DNA from: Methanobacteriaceae archaeon
GTDB lineage: Archaea > Methanobacteriota > Methanobacteria > Methanobacteriales > Methanobacteriaceae
Assembly (NCBI GenBank): GCA_003558085.1
Contig: PWMT01000068.1
Location: 1-30,114 of the forward strand
Direction of reading: 5' to 3'
DNA length: 30,114 nt
The notes beneath the pieces are model-generated. The model ran no database searches. It saw nothing but the letters and a program-made list of their open reading frames with translations, and was not told where the DNA came from. A program made the position numbers and the translations under genes. Position 1 is the first letter of the stretch; each line of letters begins with the position of its first letter. Shown piece by piece: positions 11,315 to 19,936 of the stretch.

Positions 11315-12073
11315 ATGATTGACACCCACGCCCATATCGATTTTAAAGATTATAACAAAAATAGAGAAGAAGTTATAAAAAGAGCTAAGAGTAAAATAAA
11401 TGCCATTATAAACTCAGGAGCAAGTCTTGGAGGTAATAGACGTACTTTAGAACTTGCAGAGAAACATAAGAGTTTTATCTATCCCAGCTTAGGTTTCCAT
11501 CCAGTTAACTCTTCAAGAGCAGAATTTAAAGTAGTAGAAGAAGTTATGGATTTGATTGAGGAAAATATCGAAAAAACAGTAGCTATAGGTGAAACCGGGA
11601 TGGATTATCATCATGTTAAAGAATTAGAAGGTAGAAAAAAACAGGAAAAAGTTTTTAAATTGTTTATTGATCTAGCAAGAGAATATGAACTTCCCCTGAT
11701 AATTCATGCCCGTGATTGTGAAGAGAAGGCTTTTAAGCTCGTGAAAAAATTCACATCCATTCCAGAGATAGTTTTTCACTGTTACAGTGGATCCTTAGAA
11801 ACTGCAAAAAAAATTGTTGAAGAGAATTATTACTTATCATTTTCTACTATGCTTACTTTCTCTAGTCATCATCAAAGATTAATTAAGGAAATTCCTTTAG
11901 AATACATACTAACGGAAACAGACAGTCCCTATTTATCTCCTTATAAAGGTCAAAAGAATGAGCCTCTATTTGTAGAAGAGGTAATAACAAAGATAGCTGA
12001 AATAAAGCAAAGCAATTTTTTTGAAGTAGATCAGATTACTGAAAAAAATGCACGGCAGGTTTTTAATATTTAA
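11315..12073 (+). CDS. tatD: TatD family hydrolase (DNase)
   Basis: MIDTHAH, GFHP, AIGETGMDY, IIHARD, FHCYSG, LTETDSPYL. Confidence 0.94.
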   Translation: MIDTHAHIDFKDYNKNREEVIKRAKSKINAIINSGASLGGNRRTLELAEKHKSFIYPSLGFHPVNSSRAEFKVVEEVMDLIEENIEKTVAIGETGMDYHHVKELEGRKKQEKVFKLFIDLAREYELPLIIHARDCEEKAFKLVKKFTSIPEIVFHCYSGSLETAKKIVEENYYLSFSTMLTFSSHHQRLIKEIPLEYILTETDSPYLSPYKGQKNEPLFVEEVITKIAEIKQSNFFEVDQITEKNARQVFNI

Positions 12074-12414
12074 ATACATATTTTTTTTGCACAATTTTAT
12101 ACCTTATTTTACATTACTTTTTCTAATTTTTAGTATTAACATAAATCTTGTATATTTTTTAAGAGTTCCAATCTATTTTGATGTCATAATATAAATATAA
12201 TTATTAACTTTTTCAGTGAATGAACCAGTATTTTAAGGAAAATCAAATATTTTTTAGTATGGTAAATGAGGATCTGCTTATACTTTGTAATTAATATTAT
12301 TTTAGTAGGATGATAAATTCAAAGACAATTTAATTATTTTATTGTAAAACCTTATATTTTAAAGGATTTATATTTAATTAGGCTATTTTGCCTTATTTTT
12401 ATATTTGAAAGCCT

Positions 12415-12431
12415 ATCGATTCATTTAAGTA
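12415..12431 (+). promoter_or_regulatory. Putative archaeal BRE/TATA promoter for the candidate small RNA
   Basis: ATCGATTCA-TTTAAGTA (TATA-like at 12424-12431); the predicted start near 12455 lies just before the GC-rich structured block. Confidence 0.5.
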
Positions 12432-12469
12432 CCAGGCGCAATATAATATTATTTAAAGAGTTATCAAAA

Positions 12470-12592
12470 ATGCGATGAGTGCTTAGTCAATAACTGGATA
12501 CCCACGTGTAAAACATGGTTCTTGAGGAGGCGTCTCACGTCATGCTTTAGACGAATCTAACCGGGGGCTGCAACCATACTGGCCGACTTTTT
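12470..12592 (+). ncRNA. Candidate structured small non-coding RNA (possibly HgcC-like or C/D-K-turn containing; family not established)
   Basis: 59/120 GC in 12471-12590 versus 10/60 in 12301-12360; no meaningful ORF; several short hairpins; GCGATGA at the 5' end and CCGA at the 3' end; TATA upstream and TTTTTCTCTT directly downstream. Confidence 0.65.
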
Positions 12593-12745
12593 CTCTTCAT
12601 TCAATCGTCAGATAAAAAAAATGTTTTCGAAAAAATGCCTTAATCCCATAAACCAGAATTAAACGTTTTTCTAACAGTGTTTAGAGACGTCGAGAAATAG
12701 GTAAATGCAGAGTATAGCAGAATTTTGTGAAAAATCTTAAAAAGG

Positions 12746-12860
12746 ATGGAAATGAAAATGACTGATTTTTTGAGAAAGAGTTTTAATCAGCCGGATGAAA
12801 TCCAGAAAGTCCCACTGCTTAAAATGGATATTATAAACATAGGCCATTGGAATTTAGGCA
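12746..12860 (+). pseudogene. Probable N-terminal remnant of a cupin-domain protein
   Basis: RKSFNQPDE...KMDIINIG resembles the KSFDxPDE...KVExVNxG start of a small cupin family; the resemblance stops after ~35 codons. Confidence 0.4.
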
Positions 12861-12937
12861 GCAGACCTGCCGTAATAGTGGCTAAACCGCGCTTTCGGTT
12901 GTATAATAAAGATAGGATATGCAAAGGAGTGTGTTAA

Positions 12938-13360
12938 ATGTCTGTTCATGCTTATATCAATTTCAATGGTAATTGTCTCGAAGCAGTAGAATTTTATAGG
13001 CAAGTTTTCGGTACGGAAGATCCGGAAATAATGTTTTACGAAGATGCCCCTCCTGACCCTGAATTTCCTATTCCTGATGAGCATAAACACCTGGTAATGC
13101 ACACCGGATTGGATATTTCTGGCACCACTGTAATGTTTTCCGATCTGCTTCCCGGAGAACCTCTCGTTCAGGGAAACAATATCAGTATTGTAGTTATGCT
13201 AAAAAATCCAAATGAGATTAAAACTTTGTTTGACAGACTAAAAGAAGGCGGTACAGTCGACATAGAACTCCAGGAAACTTTTTTCAGCAAATACTACGGT
13301 TCTCTTACAGATAAGTTCGGAATAATATGGCAGATCATGTATGATGACAGTGCGATCTAA
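12938..13360 (+). CDS. VOC / PhnB-like glyoxalase superfamily protein
   Basis: YINFNGNCLEAVEFY..VFG, VMHT.L, MFSD, LKEGG.V...LQETFFSKYYGSLTDKFGIIWQ; AAAGGAG SD. Confidence 0.92.
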   Translation: MSVHAYINFNGNCLEAVEFYRQVFGTEDPEIMFYEDAPPDPEFPIPDEHKHLVMHTGLDISGTTVMFSDLLPGEPLVQGNNISIVVMLKNPNEIKTLFDRLKEGGTVDIELQETFFSKYYGSLTDKFGIIWQIMYDDSAI

Positions 13361-13433
13361 GTTTCGCTTTATTACCATGTGATTAAATTCCGGGTAATTT
13401 ATTTTATCCTAAGATTTATATGCTTTATAAAAA

Positions 13434-14228
13434 ATGAAGAAAGGAGTAGATAACATAACAACGATGGTCCATAAGGGAATTAAACTGGCCTATGATGATC
13501 AGGGGGCAGGCAAACCAGCTTTCGTGTTCGTACACGGTTTTACGTGTGACAGGTCGTTTTTCTCTCCGCAGGTAGCACACTTCGCCCGCTTACACCGGGT
13601 CATATCAGTCGATCTGCGCGGGCACGGTGAGAGTGACAAACCCAAGGGTTCTTATCCCATAAATGCTTACGCCGACGATATTGCGCACATTATTGACCAC
13701 CTAGAACTTGGCAAAGTTGTGGCAGTGGGCCATAGCATGGGGGCGGATACGGTCTTGCAGCTGGCCGCCTCATATCCCGACCACGTCACAGCCATAGTAA
13801 TGATGGATCCCGACCCCTTCGTGTTTCCATCCGAAGTGCGAAAAGGGTACGAGGCAATTGCGAAGGCTTTCGAAGCCGGCAATCAGGAACCCTGGCGGCA
13901 GCAAATCACAACCCAAGGTTTTCTGTCCACTTCCGATCGAAAGCTGGTAGAAGATGTGACTACGGTGATGATGGCTGCCTCAAGTCATGTCGCCGCCAGC
14001 GCATTTCACGGAATTCTAGAATTTGACGGGAAAGCCTTGGCAGAGCATTGTAAGGTCCCAGCTCTGCACTTGGCGCCCATGTCACCAAGCAATCCTCCAC
14101 ATCTCATGTCAGAGTGGTTGCCGAGTGTTGTCAATGGCTTGGTTGTCGGCGCGGGCCACTTCATCCAACTCGAGGTGCCCGACCAGGTGAATGCGATGAT
14201 CGAGGGCTTTCTGCGCCATTATATCTGA
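13434..14228 (+). CDS. Alpha/beta fold hydrolase, high-GC (start uncertain: 13434, 13455 or 13464)
   Basis: FVHGF oxyanion loop, DLRGHGES, GHSMG nucleophile elbow, GAGHF catalytic His. Confidence 0.93.
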   Translation: MKKGVDNITTMVHKGIKLAYDDQGAGKPAFVFVHGFTCDRSFFSPQVAHFARLHRVISVDLRGHGESDKPKGSYPINAYADDIAHIIDHLELGKVVAVGHSMGADTVLQLAASYPDHVTAIVMMDPDPFVFPSEVRKGYEAIAKAFEAGNQEPWRQQITTQGFLSTSDRKLVEDVTTVMMAASSHVAASAFHGILEFDGKALAEHCKVPALHLAPMSPSNPPHLMSEWLPSVVNGLVVGAGHFIQLEVPDQVNAMIEGFLRHYI

Positions 14229-14453
14229 AGCCGGTGAAACAAGAAAACCGTAGAAAAGGAAACTTGAAGGGCTAGCACTGTTTTTATTTAAAGATTTTTT
14301 ATTTTAATCCACCTATGATGTATAAGTAAAAACAGAACTGAATATTTTAAGTCTAGGATCAATATTGACCTACTATTTACACTAGGAGTATTATTCTTAG
14401 GAGATGAATAAGGCTAATTCCAGGTATTTAATAATTCTATTAAACTGGCAATT

Positions 14454-15365
14454 TTAAATTATTATTAGATATACAAAATAAGTTGCTATTAAAAATACCA
14501 TTAAGATTAGTGCATTTAAAATTATAATAGATAATTGAGTGGCTTGCTGAGGGTCTTCTGGTTTTTTTATAAACCCATACATACTGGGAAGTACTAATAC
14601 CATACATATTGCTGCTATAATTCGAAAATCAATAACTGCGGGGAAAAATCCGCTTATAATTAAACTTATCAGTATTAAAGATCCAGCTAGTGCACTTAAA
14701 CCTATTAATTTAAACCCTAATTTTCGACCATATTTTACAATCAAATTCTTTTTACCGCCTAAGATATCCGCCTCTTTATCAGGTATCTGCACACTTAAAA
14801 TAAATAAGAACATATAGATAATTAAAGAAATTGAAAATAATAAGATAGTTTGATCTATATGGCCTGTTAGGGCCAGATAACCAAAACCAGGAATTAATAA
14901 TCCTATTAAAACGGTGGCAATTTCACCTAGTCCGCGATAAGATAATTGTAAAGGAGGGGCAGTATAATACCATCCTAGTAGATTACCAAAGACCGCCCAT
15001 AAAAAAATTACTAAAGTGGAATAATACCAGGCAAATAATATGGAAAGAAATATGGAGCTAAAAATTAAGAACAAGGCGAAGTTATAGGAAAAATTTATTA
15101 GGTGCGGATTATCTTGTAAAATACCACTACCACCAGTAAATGGGGTTACTTCACTAAAACGATCAGCATCCAAGTCAAAATAGTCATTACTATAGTGTAA
15201 TGATAAATGGGCGGGCATTAATACCATATACCCAAATATAAATCTAAAGTAGGAGAAATCATCAATAACCAAGGCAGCTAAAAGTCCACCTAATGAATAA
15301 AGTATAAAACCAGCCACTAAAAACTGAATTCTACCTAGTTTAATTATTTTTATCAGATCATCCAT
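14454..15365 (-). CDS. UbiA family prenyltransferase (MenA-like)
   Basis: NDYFD...D, FTGGSG, YTAPPLQLSYRGLGE, QIPDKEADILGGK; multiple TM helices. Confidence 0.9.
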   Translation of the reverse strand: MDDLIKIIKLGRIQFLVAGFILYSLGGLLAALVIDDFSYFRFIFGYMVLMPAHLSLHYSNDYFDLDADRFSEVTPFTGGSGILQDNPHLINFSYNFALFLIFSSIFLSILFAWYYSTLVIFLWAVFGNLLGWYYTAPPLQLSYRGLGEIATVLIGLLIPGFGYLALTGHIDQTILLFSISLIIYMFLFILSVQIPDKEADILGGKKNLIVKYGRKLGFKLIGLSALAGSLILISLIISGFFPAVIDFRIIAAICMVLVLPSMYGFIKKPEDPQQATQLSIIILNALILMVFLIATYFVYLIII

Positions 15366-15469
15366 TTTTTACCACTTATATACTAATCCATAATTATTCA
15401 ATCTAATTTTATGAGGCTTATATTATTTCTAATACTAAAAAAGTGGGGCTCGTGAATAGAGTTCTAACT

Positions 15470-15549
15470 AAAAAAAGAAAAAAGACTGGTTTTATTTTCT
15501 TTTGTCTAGGATTAAACCAGCAAATACTGCAAGAATTGCCAGTATCTGC
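15470..15549 (-). terminator. Two adjacent hairpins plus U-tract downstream of hsp20
   Basis: Minus strand: GCAGATACTG..CAGTATTTGC stem (15549-15520), then CTGGTTT..AAACCAG stem (15520-15486), then TCTTTTTCTTTTTT. Confidence 0.5.
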
Positions 15550-15622
15550 CCTTAAAATCTTTTTCCCTAAGTTTATTAATAATTAATTATGGTAGGATTA
15601 ATAATTAAATAAATGAATGGAA

Positions 15623-15922
15623 TTATTCTATTGGAACAGCTTTTGCTTCTTTAGGCCGAATAAGAGGTACTTTAACTGTTAAAAGTCCGTTTTCTAAGGA
15701 AGCTCTAATATTATCTCCATCAACCTCTTGTGTTAGCACCCAACATCCAGCATATAATACGTCACCCCTTGGTGCGCTAAGACATATCGTGTCATCAGTT
15801 GATTTGACTTCTATATCCTCTTTTTTAACTCCTGGAAGATGAACTTCCAGTACATAGTCATCTGAAGTGATATAAAAGCACGATAGAGGAGCTAAAGTTA
15901 TTTTTCGTTTTTCTTCCTTCAT
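15623..15922 (-). CDS. Hsp20/alpha-crystallin family small heat-shock protein
   Basis: LEVHLPGVKKEDI, ASLENGLLTVKVP, C-terminal VPI (IxI-type) motif; GGGGTGA SD. Confidence 0.88.
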   Translation of the reverse strand: MKEEKRKITLAPLSCFYITSDDYVLEVHLPGVKKEDIEVKSTDDTICLSAPRGDVLYAGCWVLTQEVDGDNIRASLENGLLTVKVPLIRPKEAKAVPIE

Positions 15923-16131
15923 TATAAATTCACCCCCAGCATTACTTTCATATCATATTTTTCTTTAAAAAAATATTTATACATTGCTATGCTTATGAAA
16001 TAGGTAAATCTTCTATTTTCAAAAATAAGATCTGATTTTTCTCTAAAAAATATATTTAAAAAAATATTTATTTTAAAATAAAAAAATCTTATGCTGCACT
16101 CTTTCTATATTTAGAACCCTATATAAGTTTA

Positions 16132-16509
16132 TCACTCTTCATCCATTTCTTCAAATGCTTCTTTAGCAATCATCATCCCATTAATAGCTGCTGGAAAGCC
16201 AGCATATACTGCCATTTGAATTATTACTTCTATTATTTCCTCCTTACTACAACCTACATTTATAGCACCTTTAATGTGACTTTTAAGTTGTAAGGGAGCA
16301 GTTCCTAATGCAGTAAGCGCTGCTACAGTGGCAATTTCCCTGGATTTTAAATCAAGATTTTCTCGAGTATAGATATCTGCATAGGGAAACTCAGCCACAA
16401 ATCTGGCTAAATCAGGTGAAATATCCTCTAAGTTTGCTTTTAAAGTATTATAAGATTTCTCATTCATCAATCTTAATTGTTCTAACCCTTTTTGATACCG
16501 TTTAGACAT
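16132..16509 (-). CDS. Carboxymuconolactone decarboxylase family protein
   Basis: [62 protein letters not shown]. Confidence 0.93.
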   Translation of the reverse strand: MSKRYQKGLEQLRLMNEKSYNTLKANLEDISPDLARFVAEFPYADIYTRENLDLKSREIATVAALTALGTAPLQLKSHIKGAINVGCSKEEIIEVIIQMAVYAGFPAAINGMMIAKEAFEEMDEE

Positions 16510-16763
16510 CTACTCTCCTCTTTATGATGTATAGTAGTTTAAATAAATCTAGTTTAGATTTAATCCGCTATTTAAATCCCTTTCAATGATCCATGATATT
16601 GGGAAAGAAACCATAGACAAATATAATATAATTAATTAAAGATAAACTAACTAAATAAAATTTTAGTTTAAAGTTTTATTTTACAATATAATAAGCCTTA
16701 AATTAAGGTTACTATACAGGAAAAATATAATATCATTCGATTTTCTCCTAAGAAGAATTATAG

Positions 16764-17423
16764 GTGTTAATAGTGAGACCTCATGTTATTTTAAATGCAG
16801 CCATGACCCTGGATGGTAAAATAGCCACCGAAACCTTTAGTTCAGAAATTTCAGGCCATGAAGACTTAAAAAGGGTTCATGAGTTAAGAAAAGAAGTGGA
16901 TGCTATAATGGTAGGTATAAATACCCTCTTAGCTGATGATCCCCGCTTGACTATACATAAGATTCCAACCTTGTCTAAATATAACCCTATCAGAATCGTA
17001 GTGGATAATAATGCTCGCACGCCACTTGATGCCCGTATTCTGAATAATGAAGCTCCTACCATAATTGCTGTTTCCCAAAAGGCACCTCTAGCTAAAGTAA
17101 GAAAACTTAAAGAAAAAGTTAAAGTCTATACCTGTGGTGAAGATCAAGTCAATTTAGTTAAATTAATGGAAAAACTAAAAAATATGGGAATAAATACTTT
17201 GATGTTAGAAGGAGGCTCCACCCTCAATTTTTCCATGCTAAATAATGGTTTAGTGGATGAAGTAAGGGTTTGTATAGCTCCCATGATAGTAGGGGGAATT
17301 AAGGCTAAAACATTGGTAGATGGAGCAGGGATTAATTATATGCAGGATTCTATTAAATTGCAATTGAAAAAAAAATATGTTTTAGGTAAAGATTTGATTT
17401 TAGAATACATTGTAGAGCATTAA
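16764..17423 (+). CDS. arfC: 2,5-diamino-6-(ribosylamino)-4(3H)-pyrimidinone 5'-phosphate reductase (archaeal riboflavin pathway); start more likely GTG 16773
   Basis: RPHVILNAAMTLDGKIA, VHELR..VDAIMVGINTLLADDPRLT, MLEGGSTLN, VDEV...IAPMIVGG. Confidence 0.93.
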   Translation: MLIVRPHVILNAAMTLDGKIATETFSSEISGHEDLKRVHELRKEVDAIMVGINTLLADDPRLTIHKIPTLSKYNPIRIVVDNNARTPLDARILNNEAPTIIAVSQKAPLAKVRKLKEKVKVYTCGEDQVNLVKLMEKLKNMGINTLMLEGGSTLNFSMLNNGLVDEVRVCIAPMIVGGIKAKTLVDGAGINYMQDSIKLQLKKKYVLGKDLILEYIVEH

Positions 17424-17530
17424 TATGCTTAATAACTAATATGGATTATAAGATTAAATTGTAGAGCATTAATATGCTTAATAACTAATATGGATTATAA
17501 GATTAAATTGTAGAGCAGTATTATGCTTAA
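17409..17530 (+). repeat. 49-bp tandem repeat, 2 exact copies plus a partial diverged third
   Basis: ATTGTAGAGCATTAATATGCTTAATAACTAATATGGATTATAAGATTAA starts at 17409 and 17458; partial copy at 17507. Confidence 0.95.
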
Positions 17531-17542
17531 TCTATGAAAAAA

Positions 17543-18217
17543 TTATAATAATTTTTTTTTCTGCATTATCTTTAAAGGATTATCTTCTAAAGCTTTTTCT
17601 ACTTCTTGTTCAGTTAAACCAGCACCTAATCCGAATTTATAGGCTGTTTCATAATTTATTAAATCACCAGGAGAATGTGTATCAGTATTAATAATTAAAT
17701 TAGCCCCTACTTCCCGGGCAATATTGGCCACATGACCATTTCCCAGGGAATGGCCTCTTCTAGAAGTTATTTCCAATGTTATATCATTTTTTCGTGCTAA
17801 TTCAGCTTCTTCAAGTGTGATTAAACCAGGATGAGCGAGAATGTCCACTTCTTCACAGTTTACGGCACTCCAATTAGTTCCTCCTATAACTGGCTCTACT
17901 AAAGTTTCACCGTGCACCACAATGATTTCTGCGCCTAAATCCCGGGCCTGATAGACCATTTTAGGAATAATCTCTGCAGGGGCATGGGTTATTTCTGCTC
18001 CAGGAATAACGTTTATCCCCCAATTTTCATTGATATCATCTACCGCATCAATTATACGAGAAACACAATCCATATTAGTGGCATCCACATGGTCAGTGAT
18101 GGCTATGGCACTGTGATTCAATACACAAGCTCTGCGAGCAATTTCAGATGGTAAAAGTTCTCCATCACTAAAAAGACTGTGGATATGAAGGTCAATTCTA
18201 TTTTTCATTCCAATCAC
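17543..18217 (-). CDS. PHP-domain protein (histidinol-phosphatase-like family); start probably ATG 18208
   Basis: [39 protein letters not shown] metal-binding motifs. Confidence 0.9.
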   Translation of the reverse strand: MIGMKNRIDLHIHSLFSDGELLPSEIARRACVLNHSAIAITDHVDATNMDCVSRIIDAVDDINENWGINVIPGAEITHAPAEIIPKMVYQARDLGAEIIVVHGETLVEPVIGGTNWSAVNCEEVDILAHPGLITLEEAELARKNDITLEITSRRGHSLGNGHVANIAREVGANLIINTDTHSPGDLINYETAYKFGLGAGLTEQEVEKALEDNPLKIMQKKKLL

Positions 18218-18367
18218 CCAAAAAAAATTATATTTACTTAATTAATTAAGTTTTCGTGGATATTAATTATCAATTAACTATTATTTTCCAAGTAATAATA
18301 TAAATATACATGTTATATGCTATTATTATTTACATTTCCAATCCGCAATACATAAAATAGTGATAAT

Positions 18368-19234
18368 ATGCCATGTTCAATTTTTGTTCCATCACATCTT
18401 ACTGGTTTTTTTCAAATAGTGGAGCATAAAAATCCCTTATTGAAAGGTTCCAGGGGTGCTGGAGTTGTAATAGATAGAGGAGTACTTACCACTATAAAGA
18501 CCTCATCAAAGGACCATAAATTGGAAATAAAAATAAAGGGTCTTAAAAAGCATTTCCAGGAGGATATCACTAAAAAAACTGTTGATTTGATTAAGAAATG
18601 GTTTCCTTTTACTTCTGGATTGAAAATTCAGCACCAAATTGGAGTGCCTTTAGGTTGTGGATTTGGTAGTTCGGCTGCCTTAGCTTTGGGAACTTCTCTG
18701 GGTTTGAGCCGAGTACTAGATTTACCTTTAACATTTAATCAAGCTGCAGGCATTGCTCATCAGGCTGAAATTGAGTTAGGTTCTGGTTTAGGTGATTTAA
18801 TAGCTGAAACATCAGGTGGAATTGTGATGAGGATTAAAGAAGGATCTCCTGAATTTGGTAAATTAGACAAAATTATAGCTCCACCATTATATGTTATTTG
18901 CAAGGTATTGGGACCATTGGATACTTCCAGCATTATCCACAATTCTAGGCATAAACAAAATATAAACCACTGGGGAAAATTAATGTTGCAGCAGCTTTTA
19001 AAAAAACCTAATGCTGAAAAATTTATGGCCCTGTCCTTGGATTTTGCCCAGAAAACATCACTAATGAATTCAGAAATTAAAGATATAGTTGAAGTTTTAA
19101 ATGAAGAAACTCTAGGTTCTTCCATGGCAATGTTAGGTAATACTGCTTTTGCCTTATCAAATACACCAGATACAAGTATTGAGGATAGCATTATAGGTAA
19201 AATTGATTTTAACGGTATTAAAGTTTTAAAATAA
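18368..19234 (+). CDS. Pantoate kinase (GHMP kinase family)
   Basis: FVPSHLTGFF, GSRGAG, PLGCGFGSSAA, AHQAEI..GSGLGD, SMAMLGNT. Confidence 0.88.
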   Translation: MPCSIFVPSHLTGFFQIVEHKNPLLKGSRGAGVVIDRGVLTTIKTSSKDHKLEIKIKGLKKHFQEDITKKTVDLIKKWFPFTSGLKIQHQIGVPLGCGFGSSAALALGTSLGLSRVLDLPLTFNQAAGIAHQAEIELGSGLGDLIAETSGGIVMRIKEGSPEFGKLDKIIAPPLYVICKVLGPLDTSSIIHNSRHKQNINHWGKLMLQQLLKKPNAEKFMALSLDFAQKTSLMNSEIKDIVEVLNEETLGSSMAMLGNTAFALSNTPDTSIEDSIIGKIDFNGIKVLK

Positions 19235-19380
19235 AATTTGGGTCTATTTTTATTTAATGAGGGAAATTGTTCATCCTAGAAATAGGCAGAATCCATATAG
19301 AAAAATAGTTATTTAACTAATAATATAAATGATTTTAAGGTTATCAAATAGAGGTGGCTTTTTAATCTCAGTAATGCTTA

Positions 19381-19929
19381 ATGACCAAATATGTGTATTC
19401 TATGATAAAAATTGTATACCAACTTCAAATATACCGACACAATATCTTGCATACACTTGGAAAAGATGATGTGGTAGTAGAACTAGGTTGTCACCTGGGT
19501 AATACCACCAGATTAATTGCAGAAAAATGTCCTGATGGTCATATAATAGCCATTGATAATAGTCCTGAAGCAATTATCCCCATGGAAAATTTAATGAAAG
19601 AATATCAGAATATTGAATTTATACCAGGAGATGTTAGACTTCATAAAACATTAGAAAAAGTGTTAAAAACTTTAAATAAATGTGATATCTTAACTGTAGA
19701 TTTAGGGGGAGGATACCATCCCGATACAACCTTTAAAGTTTATTTCATTTGGTCCTCATCATTGAAACCAGGTATTAGTATAATCCGGAACCAGGGTTTA
19801 TTAGATTTTGTATCTTCAGCCCATAGTGAAGAATATATAAAATCCAAGAATGGTTGGTTGGAATCCAGTGCTGATGCTGGAATTCCACCTCATCTAAAAG
19901 AATTTAAGTTGTGGTCCTCAAAGCTGTAA
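19381..19929 (+). CDS. Class I SAM-dependent methyltransferase-like protein (start possibly 19402)
   Basis: [12 protein letters not shown] motif I, IAIDNS motif II, GDV motif [13 protein letters not shown]. Confidence 0.8.
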   Translation: MTKYVYSMIKIVYQLQIYRHNILHTLGKDDVVVELGCHLGNTTRLIAEKCPDGHIIAIDNSPEAIIPMENLMKEYQNIEFIPGDVRLHKTLEKVLKTLNKCDILTVDLGGGYHPDTTFKVYFIWSSSLKPGISIIRNQGLLDFVSSAHSEEYIKSKNGWLESSADAGIPPHLKEFKLWSSKL

Positions 19930-19936
19930 GAGGAGG

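Noticed and set aside
12569-12580. Guide complementary to SSU rRNA (reverse complement AGTATGGTTGCA)
   Set aside because: As I recall it, the archaeal 16S site reads AGTACGGTCGCA, giving two mismatches; not supportable without the host rRNA sequence.
12470-12592. Canonical tRNA, 5S rRNA, SRP RNA or HEARO/omega RNA
   Set aside because: No TTC(G/A)AAT T-loop or 7-bp acceptor stem, no 5S or SRP signature motifs, and only a GTCAATAAC resemblance to HEARO with no IscB/HNH ORF downstream.
12673-14282. AACAGTG / CACTGTT as terminal inverted repeats of the island
   Set aside because: Only 7 bp, with no target-site duplication and no transposase; chance level.
14345-14363. Imperfect palindrome TAGGATCAATATTGACCTA
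   Set aside because: A single short dyad between convergent genes with no second copy; no function can be supported.
17409-17530. CRISPR array
   Set aside because: The units are contiguous and identical with no unique spacers, and there are no cas genes in the window.
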